In this document: one piece after another, positions 30,001 through 34,299 of the stretch
Layout: the number at the start of each line of letters is the position of its first letter
Numbering within the stretch: the first letter of the stretch is position 1
Assembly (NCBI GenBank): GCA_044345155.1
Contig: JBIJBP010000001.1
Location: 58,800 to 122,799, forward strand
Source: Prosthecobacter sp.
GTDB taxonomy: Bacteria; Verrucomicrobiota; Verrucomicrobiia; Verrucomicrobiales; Verrucomicrobiaceae
Reading direction: 5' to 3'
DNA length: 64,000 nucleotides
Notes under the pieces: model-generated
Databases searched by the model: none
Seen by the model: the letters and a program-made list of their open reading frames with translations, nothing else
What the model was told of the DNA's origin: nothing
Program-made: the position numbers and the translations under genes

Positions 30001-32000
30001 TGCGAGGAGACCGTGGCGGCGCCACCATCACCCAGAAGACGCAGGGTGGAGGAAGTGAGAGAGATGTCTGTGGACGGGTCGAGGCGCTGATTGGTGTTGG
30101 TGGTGACCACACCCGAATTGTCCAGGAGCAGGCTGCTGCCGCCGAAAAGCGTGAAACTGGTGTTGCCAAACTTGGCGGCAGTGGCGGCGGCATTGGCATC
30201 CGTGGTGATGGCTCCACCCAAAGCAGTGACCGGGCCCGTTCCAAGAGGTGTCGTGACAGCCCCGTTGATGTTAACAGTGACACCGCGGTTGACGATGACG
30301 TTGCCAGTGGTGGCGTTGTCCGTGCGGATGGAGACGGTGCCGCCGGTCATCTGCATGATGGCGGTACCGTTAAAAACCATGGGATTGGCGTTGTCATAGC
30401 CAAAGATCAGGTTGGCTGTGGAAGCAGGACCTCCCAGACGATTGCTTGTTCCGGAAATGATCAGCGTGTTGCCGACAGGAGTGCTTGCCGAGTTGGCAGA
30501 AGAAGTCAGACGAATGGAGTTGTCACTGGAAGGAAGCAAAACCCCTTGAAAGGTTTGATCAGCACCGATGACGTTCGTCAGCCAGACTCGGTTGCCATCA
30601 CCTGCGTTACCAACCTTGCTCAGGTCAATGTCGTTGGTGACAGTTCCATCAATCGCCAGCGCAAGACCTGCAACGGGCACGTTCACGGCCACGTTATTGA
30701 CAGCATCGATGACACCATAATTCTGAGTGATGCCAACCGCGCCGACCGAATATCGCGAGGTGCCGAGCTGGCCGGCGAACACAAGGCCTTTCGTGCTGAC
30801 GGCATCCAGGGTAGCCTTGTTTTCCACCACCAGGACACCGCCGTTCACATAGGTGGTACCCGCACCCAGATTGGCACCGGCGCCCAGGCGAAGGATGCCG
30901 TTCTTGATCGCCGTCACGCCGTCATACGTGTTTGCAGTGTTGCTGACGAGCAGACGTCCGAGACCTTCTTTGACAAGCGAGCGGCTGGCCAGGCCGTCAT
31001 CAATGACACCGGCCAGAGTGAGCTGCGCGCTGCTTGGGAAGAACACGTTGGTCTGGCCGTTCAGGGAGGTCGTACCGGCGACACGAAGGCCGTAGCTGTT
31101 GCCACCCGTGGTCTGCAGCAAGCCGCCGTTCATCACGAGTTCGTTCAGCTCAAAGGTGTTTCCGGTGTTTGCACCAGACACGAAATTGGTATCGGTGTTG
31201 ATGTTGACAGCCCCCTGCACGGTGACCTTGTTATTGCCCTGCACCTGGATGGTGCCGTTGTTGCCCGTGCCGTTGTTGCGGAGCTGAAGAATGGTGCGGT
31301 CCAGCGCACCGGAGCCGTTCAGGGTGATGCCCCCGGTGCCCGTGCCCAGGTTGATTGTCGCGCCGTTGGCACCACCGATGGCCAGGGTGCCGAGATTCAG
31401 CACATAATCCCCGGAATAACCGGTCAGCGTGCCATTGATACGAACCTGACCCGCACCGTTCTTGATGATGTCGCCACTGCCAGTCACCACCACCTGGGCG
31501 TTAGAGGCACCGTTGATGTCAATCGTGCCCGTGTAGGCGTTCAGATCCGTGTTGCTGTTCAGCGTCAGCGGCGTCTGGAAGTTGTTGGTGGAGTTGTTGT
31601 AGAGATTGATGAAGGCGTTGCCTGCGCCACCGCTGTCCATGATCAGGGCATTGGTTCCAGTGAAGGTGTAAGCACTGCCACCCAAAATGTCACCGACACG
31701 CATGCCGCCCAGAGTGATTGGAGCATTCAGGGTAACGGTGCGCGCGGCCGTGATTTCATTTCGGAATACGGCGATGTCGCCCGCTGCATTTGGAATCACT
31801 CCAAGGTCCCAGTTAGCCGGCGTGCCGGTCCAGTTGCCGTTGCCGTTCAGAATCCAGGTTCCCGTGGCGCCGTTGACCTGCACGCTCCAGAGGGCGAATT
31901 GCACAAGCAGAACGGAAGAAATCGCCTTTTTCCAAACGGGGCGACGTAGCTGCTGGATGACGGAATCCTGGCGGAGCTTGTTCGGGTTGCTGGTTTTCAT
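12030..32000 (-). CDS. Giant (6,656 aa) secreted PATR-repeat (autotransporter-associated beta-strand repeat) protein with a PEP-CTERM sorting signal
   Basis: Uninterrupted 19,971-nt ORF. The N-terminus has a basic region then a hydrophobic segment (WKKAISSVLLVQFALWSVQVNGATG). PATR-like units recur, e.g. LTKLGDGTIRNLTIGGNANTYSGGTNI, LTKAGYDTVILSGTNTYEGGTFVEGGKL, LVKSGSGALLLNGFSDHSGGTVV, VNTYTGSTTLAGG. The composition is rich in G/T/N/A/S, as expected for a beta-helix. The C-terminus VPEPGRALLMILGLMALFMRRRRQD has PEP, a TM segment and an Arg cluster. Confidence 0.9.
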   Translation of the reverse strand: MKTSNPNKLRQDSVIQQLRRPVWKKAISSVLLVQFALWSVQVNGATGTWILNGNGNWTGTPANWDLGVIPNAAGDIAVFRNEITAARTVTLNAPITLGGMRVGDILGGSAYTFTGTNALIMDSGGAGNAFINLYNNSTNNFQTPLTLNSNTDLNAYTGTIDINGASNAQVVVTGSGDIIKNGAGQVRINGTLTGYSGDYVLNLGTLAIGGANGATINLGTGTGGITLNGSGALDRTILQLRNNGTGNNGTIQVQGNNKVTVQGAVNINTDTNFVSGANTGNTFELNELVMNGGLLQTTGGNSYGLRVAGTTSLNGQTNVFFPSSAQLTLAGVIDDGLASRSLVKEGLGRLLVSNTANTYDGVTAIKNGILRLGAGANLGAGTTYVNGGVLVVENKATLDAVSTKGLVFAGQLGTSRYSVGAVGITQNYGVIDAVNNVAVNVPVAGLALAIDGTVTNDIDLSKVGNAGDGNRVWLTNVIGADQTFQGVLLPSSDNSIRLTSSANSASTPVGNTLIISGTSNRLGGPASTANLIFGYDNANPMVFNGTAIMQMTGGTVSIRTDNATTGNVIVNRGVTVNINGAVTTPLGTGPVTALGGAITTDANAAATAAKFGNTSFTLFGGSSLLLDNSGVVTTNTNQRLDPSTDISLTSSTLRLLGDGGAATVSSQAIDQLTYAGGNTISVDTDGTTASRLTTLTLNSLTRTGNGTLNIRNIANTATTLGTSAGTQKLIISTGAPTVNNGMIGANIAIWGGANLNDAGTPLFATYDSTHGLTSAAFTLNNTFTAATTGSLVNFDATAYTGAGASVQALRIRSTANTNTFNASSAMTLGAAAGVGQGAGLFLAHTANNGITHTTNFGFGSQEGMIYAATTGGTAGIITLSGVLTGSAGITRFGDGVLSLTGQNTFSGPLNLNAGETRLSQGAAGLPTDATAKDVNIWGGSVYLQSGSSRYQNNLIIKDDARIGNVNVGASGFNNLVVEPRVGSTAPTQVRVQNQAGGNITTVYGTLTLNNDAQFSIQHPIQLNGGIAGTGRFDKFYNERLIVTGDSSGYSGAITSYAGSMTSLNTGSAPFGTGAITLNPGAAITLASSNNLSSGQLTINSDRGGISGIGMLYVGDPMTALPSFAINTTAPWAGGLGLGAVGFSQDIDLAALATNWGGDVYLGAALGYTGIFTGDLAPASGNRYLLGTQQGTFRVAVPLAGGNSIITGISMTGESSRADQTVNNSGGVVQFDVLQAHTGGTVFNPGVSVRLSARDALAGTGDITLAGGSFRVDSASAQNRAIVPQTISNNMVFTADSTLQMENIAYDVRLGGTLALAPGSTGVVRTFNIGTDQTGGDVNNAGMVWIDGGITDGVGGSGNHFVKGGLGTLFFNGVNTYTGSTTLAGGLIGVNQDSDWGQTSLINMVNGGIAVWENSFTTSRNYHVHGSNGYFDIAGGLTLTQDASSVIDGGNSLMKRGLGTMILNGQNSVIGLFVADGVLQVNNQLALGDPATTSQFSYGGDQLLGGAGTNTRYMGGTTRINFTGSTNRGAVFNNNGNTNTSGGIDITAGNTFTMNGAFTQGTELDYGFKTGPGTLITTGTNTMRGFAMVNGVWQFANASPWTNSTTTASDNTFIDMMGGTIRAVNTTANFALTNQASTTTYNYGGGMTLAMGSGTGFSMEFNADNIIRQNQGTLVLQLVGATTLGGTGGSNTARVITTNAVNASLARASALTNGIFAPSLIGATATGDGFFLENDATNGFKPYSGASNTSLSGAFPNAIADISAEQNLTGENGIYAFRTNANVLGGTLRIAAVDNVKTGGILINGSNTVSSNLIFDPASATAPGTGTTGEGLVFVKSGASAIISGNITSNAFTKFGNGSLELQGAAMAPSFVSVQAGTLKLGGQGVFGTMNADLRVNGGAALDLNGYNGSFETLESNNRLIGAVARVGGAVKNTSGTPATLNIAGPTTSTYNGTLELNMRLIKQGAGVLTLNGYTASTPDAGVNTHTGGTDIYGIGTTGGLNINNSTTALGGGNGITPGDVNLYGGTLGLLFSNGTTGINGSNGQQYNNMVAIFGKDGTAGLTLNVRGPGLVTVNRGTPLSNGGFGVGNIMQVGVLNMSNTTLQVSGGNNYRFRVGGPTNIMGSQAAFQTNSDGPSGIIELFGVISGGTLTKLGDGTIRNLTIGGNANTYSGGTNIIGGDIQVLATSGTPLGTGPVRIFPDGALRIAGNNSVDGTKLTTLSRAGALGAVVIEGNFNPSVLDATNFSSAYNTALQLGEPFFQTALDMNEIGDGRAFLGGGLNGEVAYVAPTLGAGAPDAWNPTMGVYRIAPGTSSFAFSGTDNVLTGDNYLQVGPQRNNIFGVIVNGGNIVVMRNANDFTGGAQITKGASIYTDIGGRVGGESALGDGDIEVYGTLRIRGAQGSMVNPATGLHYNDIYLRPGGQVGLHDADGTNAIPFIGAGGQGRWADTVGIDLNGGEFRYDGGANMTTTETIGDVTARKRGLITVVRNSAASAAQLNVGDISRAEAGILTLNYNSGFLGIPITTPLSYERLLATSIGGVAVTDPGIRSGTTLNGSGATNGGMVAPWIVDRVTHSFVGYNPTAANTGFQPLISSATPGAGQISYNQILAGATFTATGSNDIVDVTTAAKTLGANVTMHALRTSQNISPTASFNTMTFNSGGLIATAGTINPTGAITAGVVSPMTLNFGAAGAGEAFIYNSGTVIIQAQMNAALGLTKFGAGQLQIHGVNPGIGGPVTLHEGTTYVRVPYSLSTSSVGQVLNSQDVIVNSGTLNLQSFNANPAGTATEIASNVQSGQGYFASDIYIQGDAVLRNNGQAQYVRIADLTIGNSAGSSPMTGNSSITLELQSGIWVTGTTTLNPEARINGTFSGFSQTSLAGVVTGAGGLIKYGNGATTLMNAANDYAGGTTIWGSTTGTATSTVASTVRGSGTPFSTGDINIMPGGHLRVADNANIASNAVYLTSDGYGLGGIGLAHNGVLPSIITTGTPTAGQVKVSSSGAFAGVVSLDYGYYSQPLNMTSIPGGKWWIGNSQQAETYYFAPTFGAASGGKYLLGGGGNQGGLNFGSVSVSNGRTTLYENLFSGGTAGQVAIEIGAATGDFASTAPAFINGNSGYIALSTRNTGLVGDVRVNTGSVLAIGNNFALGNGRLILNGGTTRSDFGNNNFTNSAITLNNTVVMQGDMGHNAGDMVLRGPLQLSDVTGAGATRSFNVSAGNFAVRGVVSGVNGSSVIKVGAGNLHLTGVNTYNGFTQVSGGFLFAAGDILPNQDGPLGNSDSAIILSGGSLRASGRMTIGRDLIVNTTGTFDTGVANRVLMLGGISVASAQTLTVGAAGADVAAFRGGRLDLQGVISGPGALTVGTTAAVPAPSGTVTFGGNSNGYGINTYSGGTTFQSARVQIGGTSYFTGPANNPTTIFSGPFGSGALTFAGGEQNRGTLFESTGGSVTIVNALNAINVAANTSMTFGGNQAITFTRGLDVNSDTSLRTRTIAVQNQHAPITFSGILSASGAAGVLIDKTGPGMLVLTGANTFATSSTTGIRVSGGVLRVNSDAALGAGTTVNLNGGVLSFSESVTSSRVLNLAAGSGIDVASGKTVTLSAATTGAFTLSKSGEGTLLLNNSANTITTLTLGGQPVLDSNVGRYTLGGIVGTTATTGTPFATSAVTLAGGALALVGGASAQALAVPTLTYTGAGAVALNKGATTSQLTLSTALTRGGAPAGYTPALTSVNPGTMYVVPTALAELGTNERLMITAGAPANTATGGGNILTTPSVFVRLQTPGDANFARYDATTGIREHDVTTVTSLAATASANVADISVADVAGAGNIDVQALRTSANITPADVSTLIRIARGGLIMNGADGVSLSAPVLFGTGPGASLTEAIVYVREGQAAASSISGGISARDFTKTGPGVLEVGGTGNLLNTNNSRLPLVSVQDGTMRFASTGAAFQVNNSFRNTAAGDLLGHFALNVNEAGVFDLNGLNISVAGLTGNGTVRSNISGAATLTAVNGFGADVTWSGRITNGAGTVSLVKSGSGALLLNGFSDHSGGTVVRSGRVTNATGNATPLGRLEPQTVNSLGSGNVTLEGGRLRLNGLAVLNGATNLTEVTDGIDYLRWGNSANGVNVTVSATSYANGVLLPLNTTSQIDAVTRNAGINTLTLNAPQLNFVEGSTVIYGGMTINNDATLRLAGGTLWVGGQFNAAGQDLVKTGSSTLVLYNSAGGANQNQVGSWLVSGGLVQARSSEGSANPLGANQTIELNAGSTSYGVAMLTDGDGTALGMRTMTYADTSFRFGSSLPVSSNQFVSGAGSRIQVDRAFLANSSWKTVQINNVEAAGALGTPYAYFLTGNNDSIWVNGTTTFERDLIIQADGGGLTLNGPITGNGTFNRRSNGGTLYINSDNSAGYSGGTFLSASGRNYFGSFEGGQVTLSNTAKFGSGHIFQGPISMFQVNDAGNLVEGQNIYVTGNLSWMAAFSLASDLSLDDVRLRALGLGGVQNSATDYYLKASNPSSAALALGTIYTKALDMRSIGDGMWFLGSATNGIGANGSYNAATLAPGIGDTYRLGAGGNTLFFGSNGNSNILTDVNAGKAAGLVVGTPTTVQDMSNLANGTGTIVLMQGQNYTGSTLINRNSTLEARGTLTTSDIKIYGSLNVAGEAGTLINPNTSAPIPVTLRPGSLVRLDNLSGVLPASATQGRWGDSTPFNMNNSVLRLQGNPAVEVVEKVGNLNVGRGANRVEVVRGVIGRGTELQTPAITRQNFGTLQFIHNSSQLGSDERVIISSGGTIPTVTNGMVEPWMVSASDQHFLTYNTDLGFTLAGFSRVQGTATHTALVDASTDRLLINATQTMNGGDVRGYAVRLEADMNLTTATAATDTVNRLIIDSGGLIAQSGATRTIQGGLWAGAAGDKELIIYNAGTLNVGLLANNTTSGRISASSITKMGAGTFQILSEQPNFLGDIRIQQGALQLQYTQTIATNITSQMGGAKVGGNDIILDGNNTSLILRIGNDSWTVGTTATFNNNIVLGDNVSVATINYDRAGGSITSRTMILNNLTFGNNEGDNGQVLRLFGPTNTNAAGFWRIQFNGTTTLKGRSAIAVDNGYSGGANDAYLMGKVTGTGMLIKGPSDSRTRTLFLQNVTNFNDWSGGTVLQGGTLQVFAKATNVAANANSNITAGGIGTGDITLMQGTLDLRVDNDVGGAADTNLERTLFIGTGGTLPNVIVNGNSIINVDRTGLVAVGTTKTVVLGNLTVGQQYFTVNGGNSYGLEFAGTTTLLGSPHFNNATDLVLNGAISTGGGQVVFNKNNVGTMWVNSANTTLTGPTYVNAGLLAFGNRVASSNTAHLGSGTIFVNPGASVRVNNVANVGAGGIRLIGTQYAPAVFRSVGAFTQAQYASMIQTYTPETNQVLMLALEANNANALNLSTLANGRLYLGANGDRTYNAPSLSPGLANLDHSVIGGTSTNPVYRFSHQSGNTLTVALASGGNLSDVGGPTDVQVGSQAILGPNGNWGSNGFVYFQNQNTYTGQTVVGRSATLRFNTTMAAGDTAGPLGSNPNATIDVYGGLRFEGTGSLRSAVTPTSHFYNNLRLHPTSTLTFQDMTATGAGSNRWEDGVPIQLDGSSIVAEATDGANDNSETIGNLTFDRGSRVGLASQNNGDAILVAASIDRAAASTGAGTGRGTLVVVPSNPGPTVTTVALGAALTAGSPQQQLKFTTAPAVSTVSAVSNMLPGYYMDGQSHRFLSYNSSTGVVPVADGSMVAMPAGPGAGTEVVNITATTSMGAFETSIFALRGGNVTLNSPSATANDNSATIILTGSGSDIGAVVSTANTFTINPNLKFGADGSNEAIFYTGGNIQFNGNLTAGSVTKYGTAILVIGNDQSDAARGTGNGYSGGWVVNEGGLWFSQFGAGGNAVAGNTIVLNGSQASSGALYLRAQPSDTLLNYSYTFGRITGVDLATIDWDPGADNRVHSISDIEIQQSGGIGNDPTNGTMDAYLRVANNRSRTILSAGDLIMTSNGILNVDTTATPTHIAGGSGTNAGSLTGGLSSGLSIASLTGTGRLTKWGDGTLYVRGESAGYTAPVIIDQGAVHVAHNGSLGTGPLVINRYGVLEVGVANYSQSNSTTVYNEGSVERWNVNNARSGALNLGKGTLQIAADQPTTDVDVTLNGGGVEAFLRTDDNISVNGGGVLRVLNPNINFTLAGDSFVGSRYYLGMAGLNMGQQVGDNRPMEEYLSSGALLEIKGVISGPGKLTKAGYDTVILSGTNTYEGGTFVEGGKLMIGKDNTLPTNTTLTTTGNGILDLNGQNQTVGVLTNPGTPATTANVTSGFITNASTSVKTLTVGNTTTSDFTYSGVIQHNVALTMAGTGTLSLNNVNTYYGATTLTNGGSVKIGANGNIADSVWLNIGAASKFDVSAKTASSGNFVFDGRVSGGGTSSAGSSFASAGNAARIDAAGGTFTIGDNVGEVSKVGFLAPGGNSGPEIANAGNQIGHVYVNGNLTVSGPVTGSPNNNTVDRVQMQLNGSTANAGVIDPMWDGTTSWLVTNAPNYLNGAQGTINNHDYVNVSGNMALNHYGRVVVSNFETYTPVYGDMFNLFDWTTLTAPGFDAGSTQYAGGSSVFDLQLPNLSAYNLLWDTSLFMTYGTLVVVPEPGRALLMILGLMALFMRRRRQD

Positions 32001-32539
32001 AGGGAGAAAATTCGAATTGAAACCTGTGACTAAAAGTGGGCGATTCTGCGAAAGAGGAAAAATTACCGATTATTTGAAAAATAAACCAACCGGCAGGAAA
32101 CGCGACAAATCCGCCTGCCTTCATCAATCGGCGGACAGTTTGCCTCCAAGACGTAAAGTTGGTTATTCGTTCTCATATTGGCTTGGAATTCAAGGCGTAA
32201 CATAAAGCATCGCAACAACACACCCGTGACGAAAACGAGTCGTCTGGCTTAGCGCGGGCTGGTTGGTTGATGCTAAGATGGTTGGCCACTTTTGAGGTTG
32301 AGGCCTCGATGTAAACACGGCCCCCCCTTTTTAGCCAAGAAAAAAAACTCTTTGGCACGCAAATTTAATAACCCATACACACCAAGGATCCTTAGTCTCT
32401 TGATCCGATGAAAATGAGCCTCTTACCCCTTCATGCGTGGGTGGCGACAAGCAGTCCAAGAATAGATGATCCAACCCTCGCTGGGGGTGCCCTCGACGTT
32501 AGAATCAGGATTGATTCTCAAATATGATAAAGATGACTC

Positions 32540-33856
32540 TCAGGCAAGACTGAGCGCTCCACCTTCACACAACTCCACCTTTCCGAAGGTCTTCAGCTCA
32601 TGCCCCATCGCCCCGGCAACGGACATCCAAAGCCGGTTGTGAGCAGCCTTGTCGAATTTCAGGCTTCGACCCATCTTGAATCCAAACCCGCCGCCGATCA
32701 TCACATACGGAATGTTGTCCAGGGTGTGCGTGTTCCCCTTCCCCAGCTCGTTGGTCCAGACCAGCAGGGTGTTGTCGAGCATGGAGCCGTCCCCTGCGGG
32801 CTCGGGGGTTTCGCTCAGCCGCTTCGCCAGATAAGCGAACTCACCGGCGAACCAGGTGTTGATCTTTTTCAGCTTCTCGTAGCTGTCCTTCTTGTCGTCA
32901 GGATCATGGGAAAGGCTGTGATGCCCCTCCTCCACCCCCAGCCAGCGCATCTGGGCCATGCCGACGCTGCGCATGTACTGAAGCGTGGCCACGCGGGCCA
33001 TGTCGTTGGACAGGGAGTTCACCAGCAGGTCGATCTGGATACGGCTGATCTGTGGCGTATTGTCGTTCACCAGCTCGATGCTCGGATCCACGGCAGGCAC
33101 GGGATGAATGAGGCTGCCTGCCTTGTCAGCCTCGGCCAGGTCCTGCTCCAGGCTGCGGACCAGGGTCATGTGCTGGTCCAGAAGAGCCTTGTCACGGGAG
33201 CTGAGCTTTGAAGAAACACGCTTCAGGTCCTCGCGCACGTCATCGAGGATGCTGACGAGGCTCTCCTTGTCCTTCATTCTTCCATAGACCTTCTTCAGCA
33301 CCTGGTGCGGGTCGTCGATGGGAGCCACGGGCTGGTTTGCCCCGGCGTAGCTCATGCGCGTCCATGGGTCGGCGCGATCGGGCACGGCAACGCCAAACTC
33401 CAGGGAGCCAAAACGGGTCTTCGTCTCCTTGCGGGACTGGAGGAAGTTCTTGATCTCCTGGTCGATGGAAATATTGCTGGCCCAGCCCGCCGGATTTCCA
33501 CCGCCGCCCATGATGTTGCCCTTCATGAGCTCGTCACAGGTCAGCAGGCAGCTCATGCCGCGCATGTGGCTGTCACCGTCGCCGCGGACCTTGTTGGCGA
33601 TGCCGTGCAGGATGAGCATCCGCTTCCTGAAGGGCTCAAGCGGCTGGAGGATCGACTTGAAGCTGAACTCTCCACCCTCCTGATCAGGCCAGAACTCGTC
33701 CGGCAGGGTGCCGTTGGGCGAGAACATGATGACCAGCCGCTGGCGCTTCTGGGGAGCAGGCGCCCCGGTGATGCTGGGCAGGCCGGAAAGAAACGGGAGG
33801 GCTGCGGCGGAGATGCCGAGGTCACGCAGGAACTGGCGGCGGTCGAGATGCTTCAT
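32540..33856 (-). CDS. DUF1552-family protein with a twin-arginine signal
   Basis: 438 aa. MKHLDRRQFLRDLGISAAALPFLSG is a Tat-type signal. The GHHSLSHDPDDK (HxxSHH-like) motif and the overall layout match the PVC DUF1552 family. Confidence 0.88.
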   Translation of the reverse strand: MKHLDRRQFLRDLGISAAALPFLSGLPSITGAPAPQKRQRLVIMFSPNGTLPDEFWPDQEGGEFSFKSILQPLEPFRKRMLILHGIANKVRGDGDSHMRGMSCLLTCDELMKGNIMGGGGNPAGWASNISIDQEIKNFLQSRKETKTRFGSLEFGVAVPDRADPWTRMSYAGANQPVAPIDDPHQVLKKVYGRMKDKESLVSILDDVREDLKRVSSKLSSRDKALLDQHMTLVRSLEQDLAEADKAGSLIHPVPAVDPSIELVNDNTPQISRIQIDLLVNSLSNDMARVATLQYMRSVGMAQMRWLGVEEGHHSLSHDPDDKKDSYEKLKKINTWFAGEFAYLAKRLSETPEPAGDGSMLDNTLLVWTNELGKGNTHTLDNIPYVMIGGGFGFKMGRSLKFDKAAHNRLWMSVAGAMGHELKTFGKVELCEGGALSLA

Positions 33857-34207
33857 GGGGGGATGGTGTTACGCTACGTCTGCCGGACCGAGGTCTTGCG
33901 TCAAATCATGACCCGGTTCCGTCCTTCGCCAGGCAATGAAGCTTGAGCCAGCAGACTAGAGATCATGCCTTCCCTTCCCCAACCTTCCTGCATCGCCCTT
34001 TGCCTCCTCGGCATCATGACCAGCCCCGTTGCAGAAACCCGCAGGTGGTCAGCAGTCACATCCGCCGCCTTGCCGGCGAAGGCCATCACTGGCGCAAGCT
34101 AAAGTGACAATGGGGTTCTGGCTCCGGGGATGGATCGTCAGAAGGGGCGGAAAAGCTTCGAAGCAGGCGACGGTGCCGAAACAGCAGTCCTGAAAAGTCT
34201 AAAAAAC

Positions 34208-34223
34208 TGGCACGGCACCTGCT
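34208..34223 (+). promoter_or_regulatory. Sigma-54 (-24/-12) promoter candidate for the ammonium transporter gene
   Basis: TGGCACggcacCTGCT, with GG at 34209-34210 and GC at 34221-34222 in the canonical register. It lies 77 nt upstream of the amt ATG. Nitrogen-regulated amt genes are classical sigma-54/NtrC targets. Confidence 0.5.
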
Positions 34224-34299
34224 TACCGATATGGGTCCGAGGTCGTTGCAGACCACCCACTGCAGCGGCTCAAGCAACCAACCACATTCCCAACCAACC

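Noticed and set aside
32501-32518. Hairpin AGAATCA-ggat-TGATTCT just downstream of the DUF1552 stop as an intrinsic terminator
   Set aside because: The stem is only 7 bp and AT-rich, and no U-tract follows on the transcribed (minus) strand.
32484-32520. GGGGGTGCCCTCGACG..., which superficially resembles the 5' end of a tmRNA
   Set aside because: A plus-strand tmRNA starting here would have to run ~350 nt into the intact DUF1552 coding region. I saw no tRNA-like T-arm/acceptor 3' end and no tag reading frame.
32001-32539. Possible c-di-GMP (GEMM-type) riboswitch in the leader of the giant adhesin-like gene
   Set aside because: Only a GGCAAAC fragment is present on the transcribed strand. The second conserved ACGCAAAGC-type element and the paired-helix arrangement are missing.
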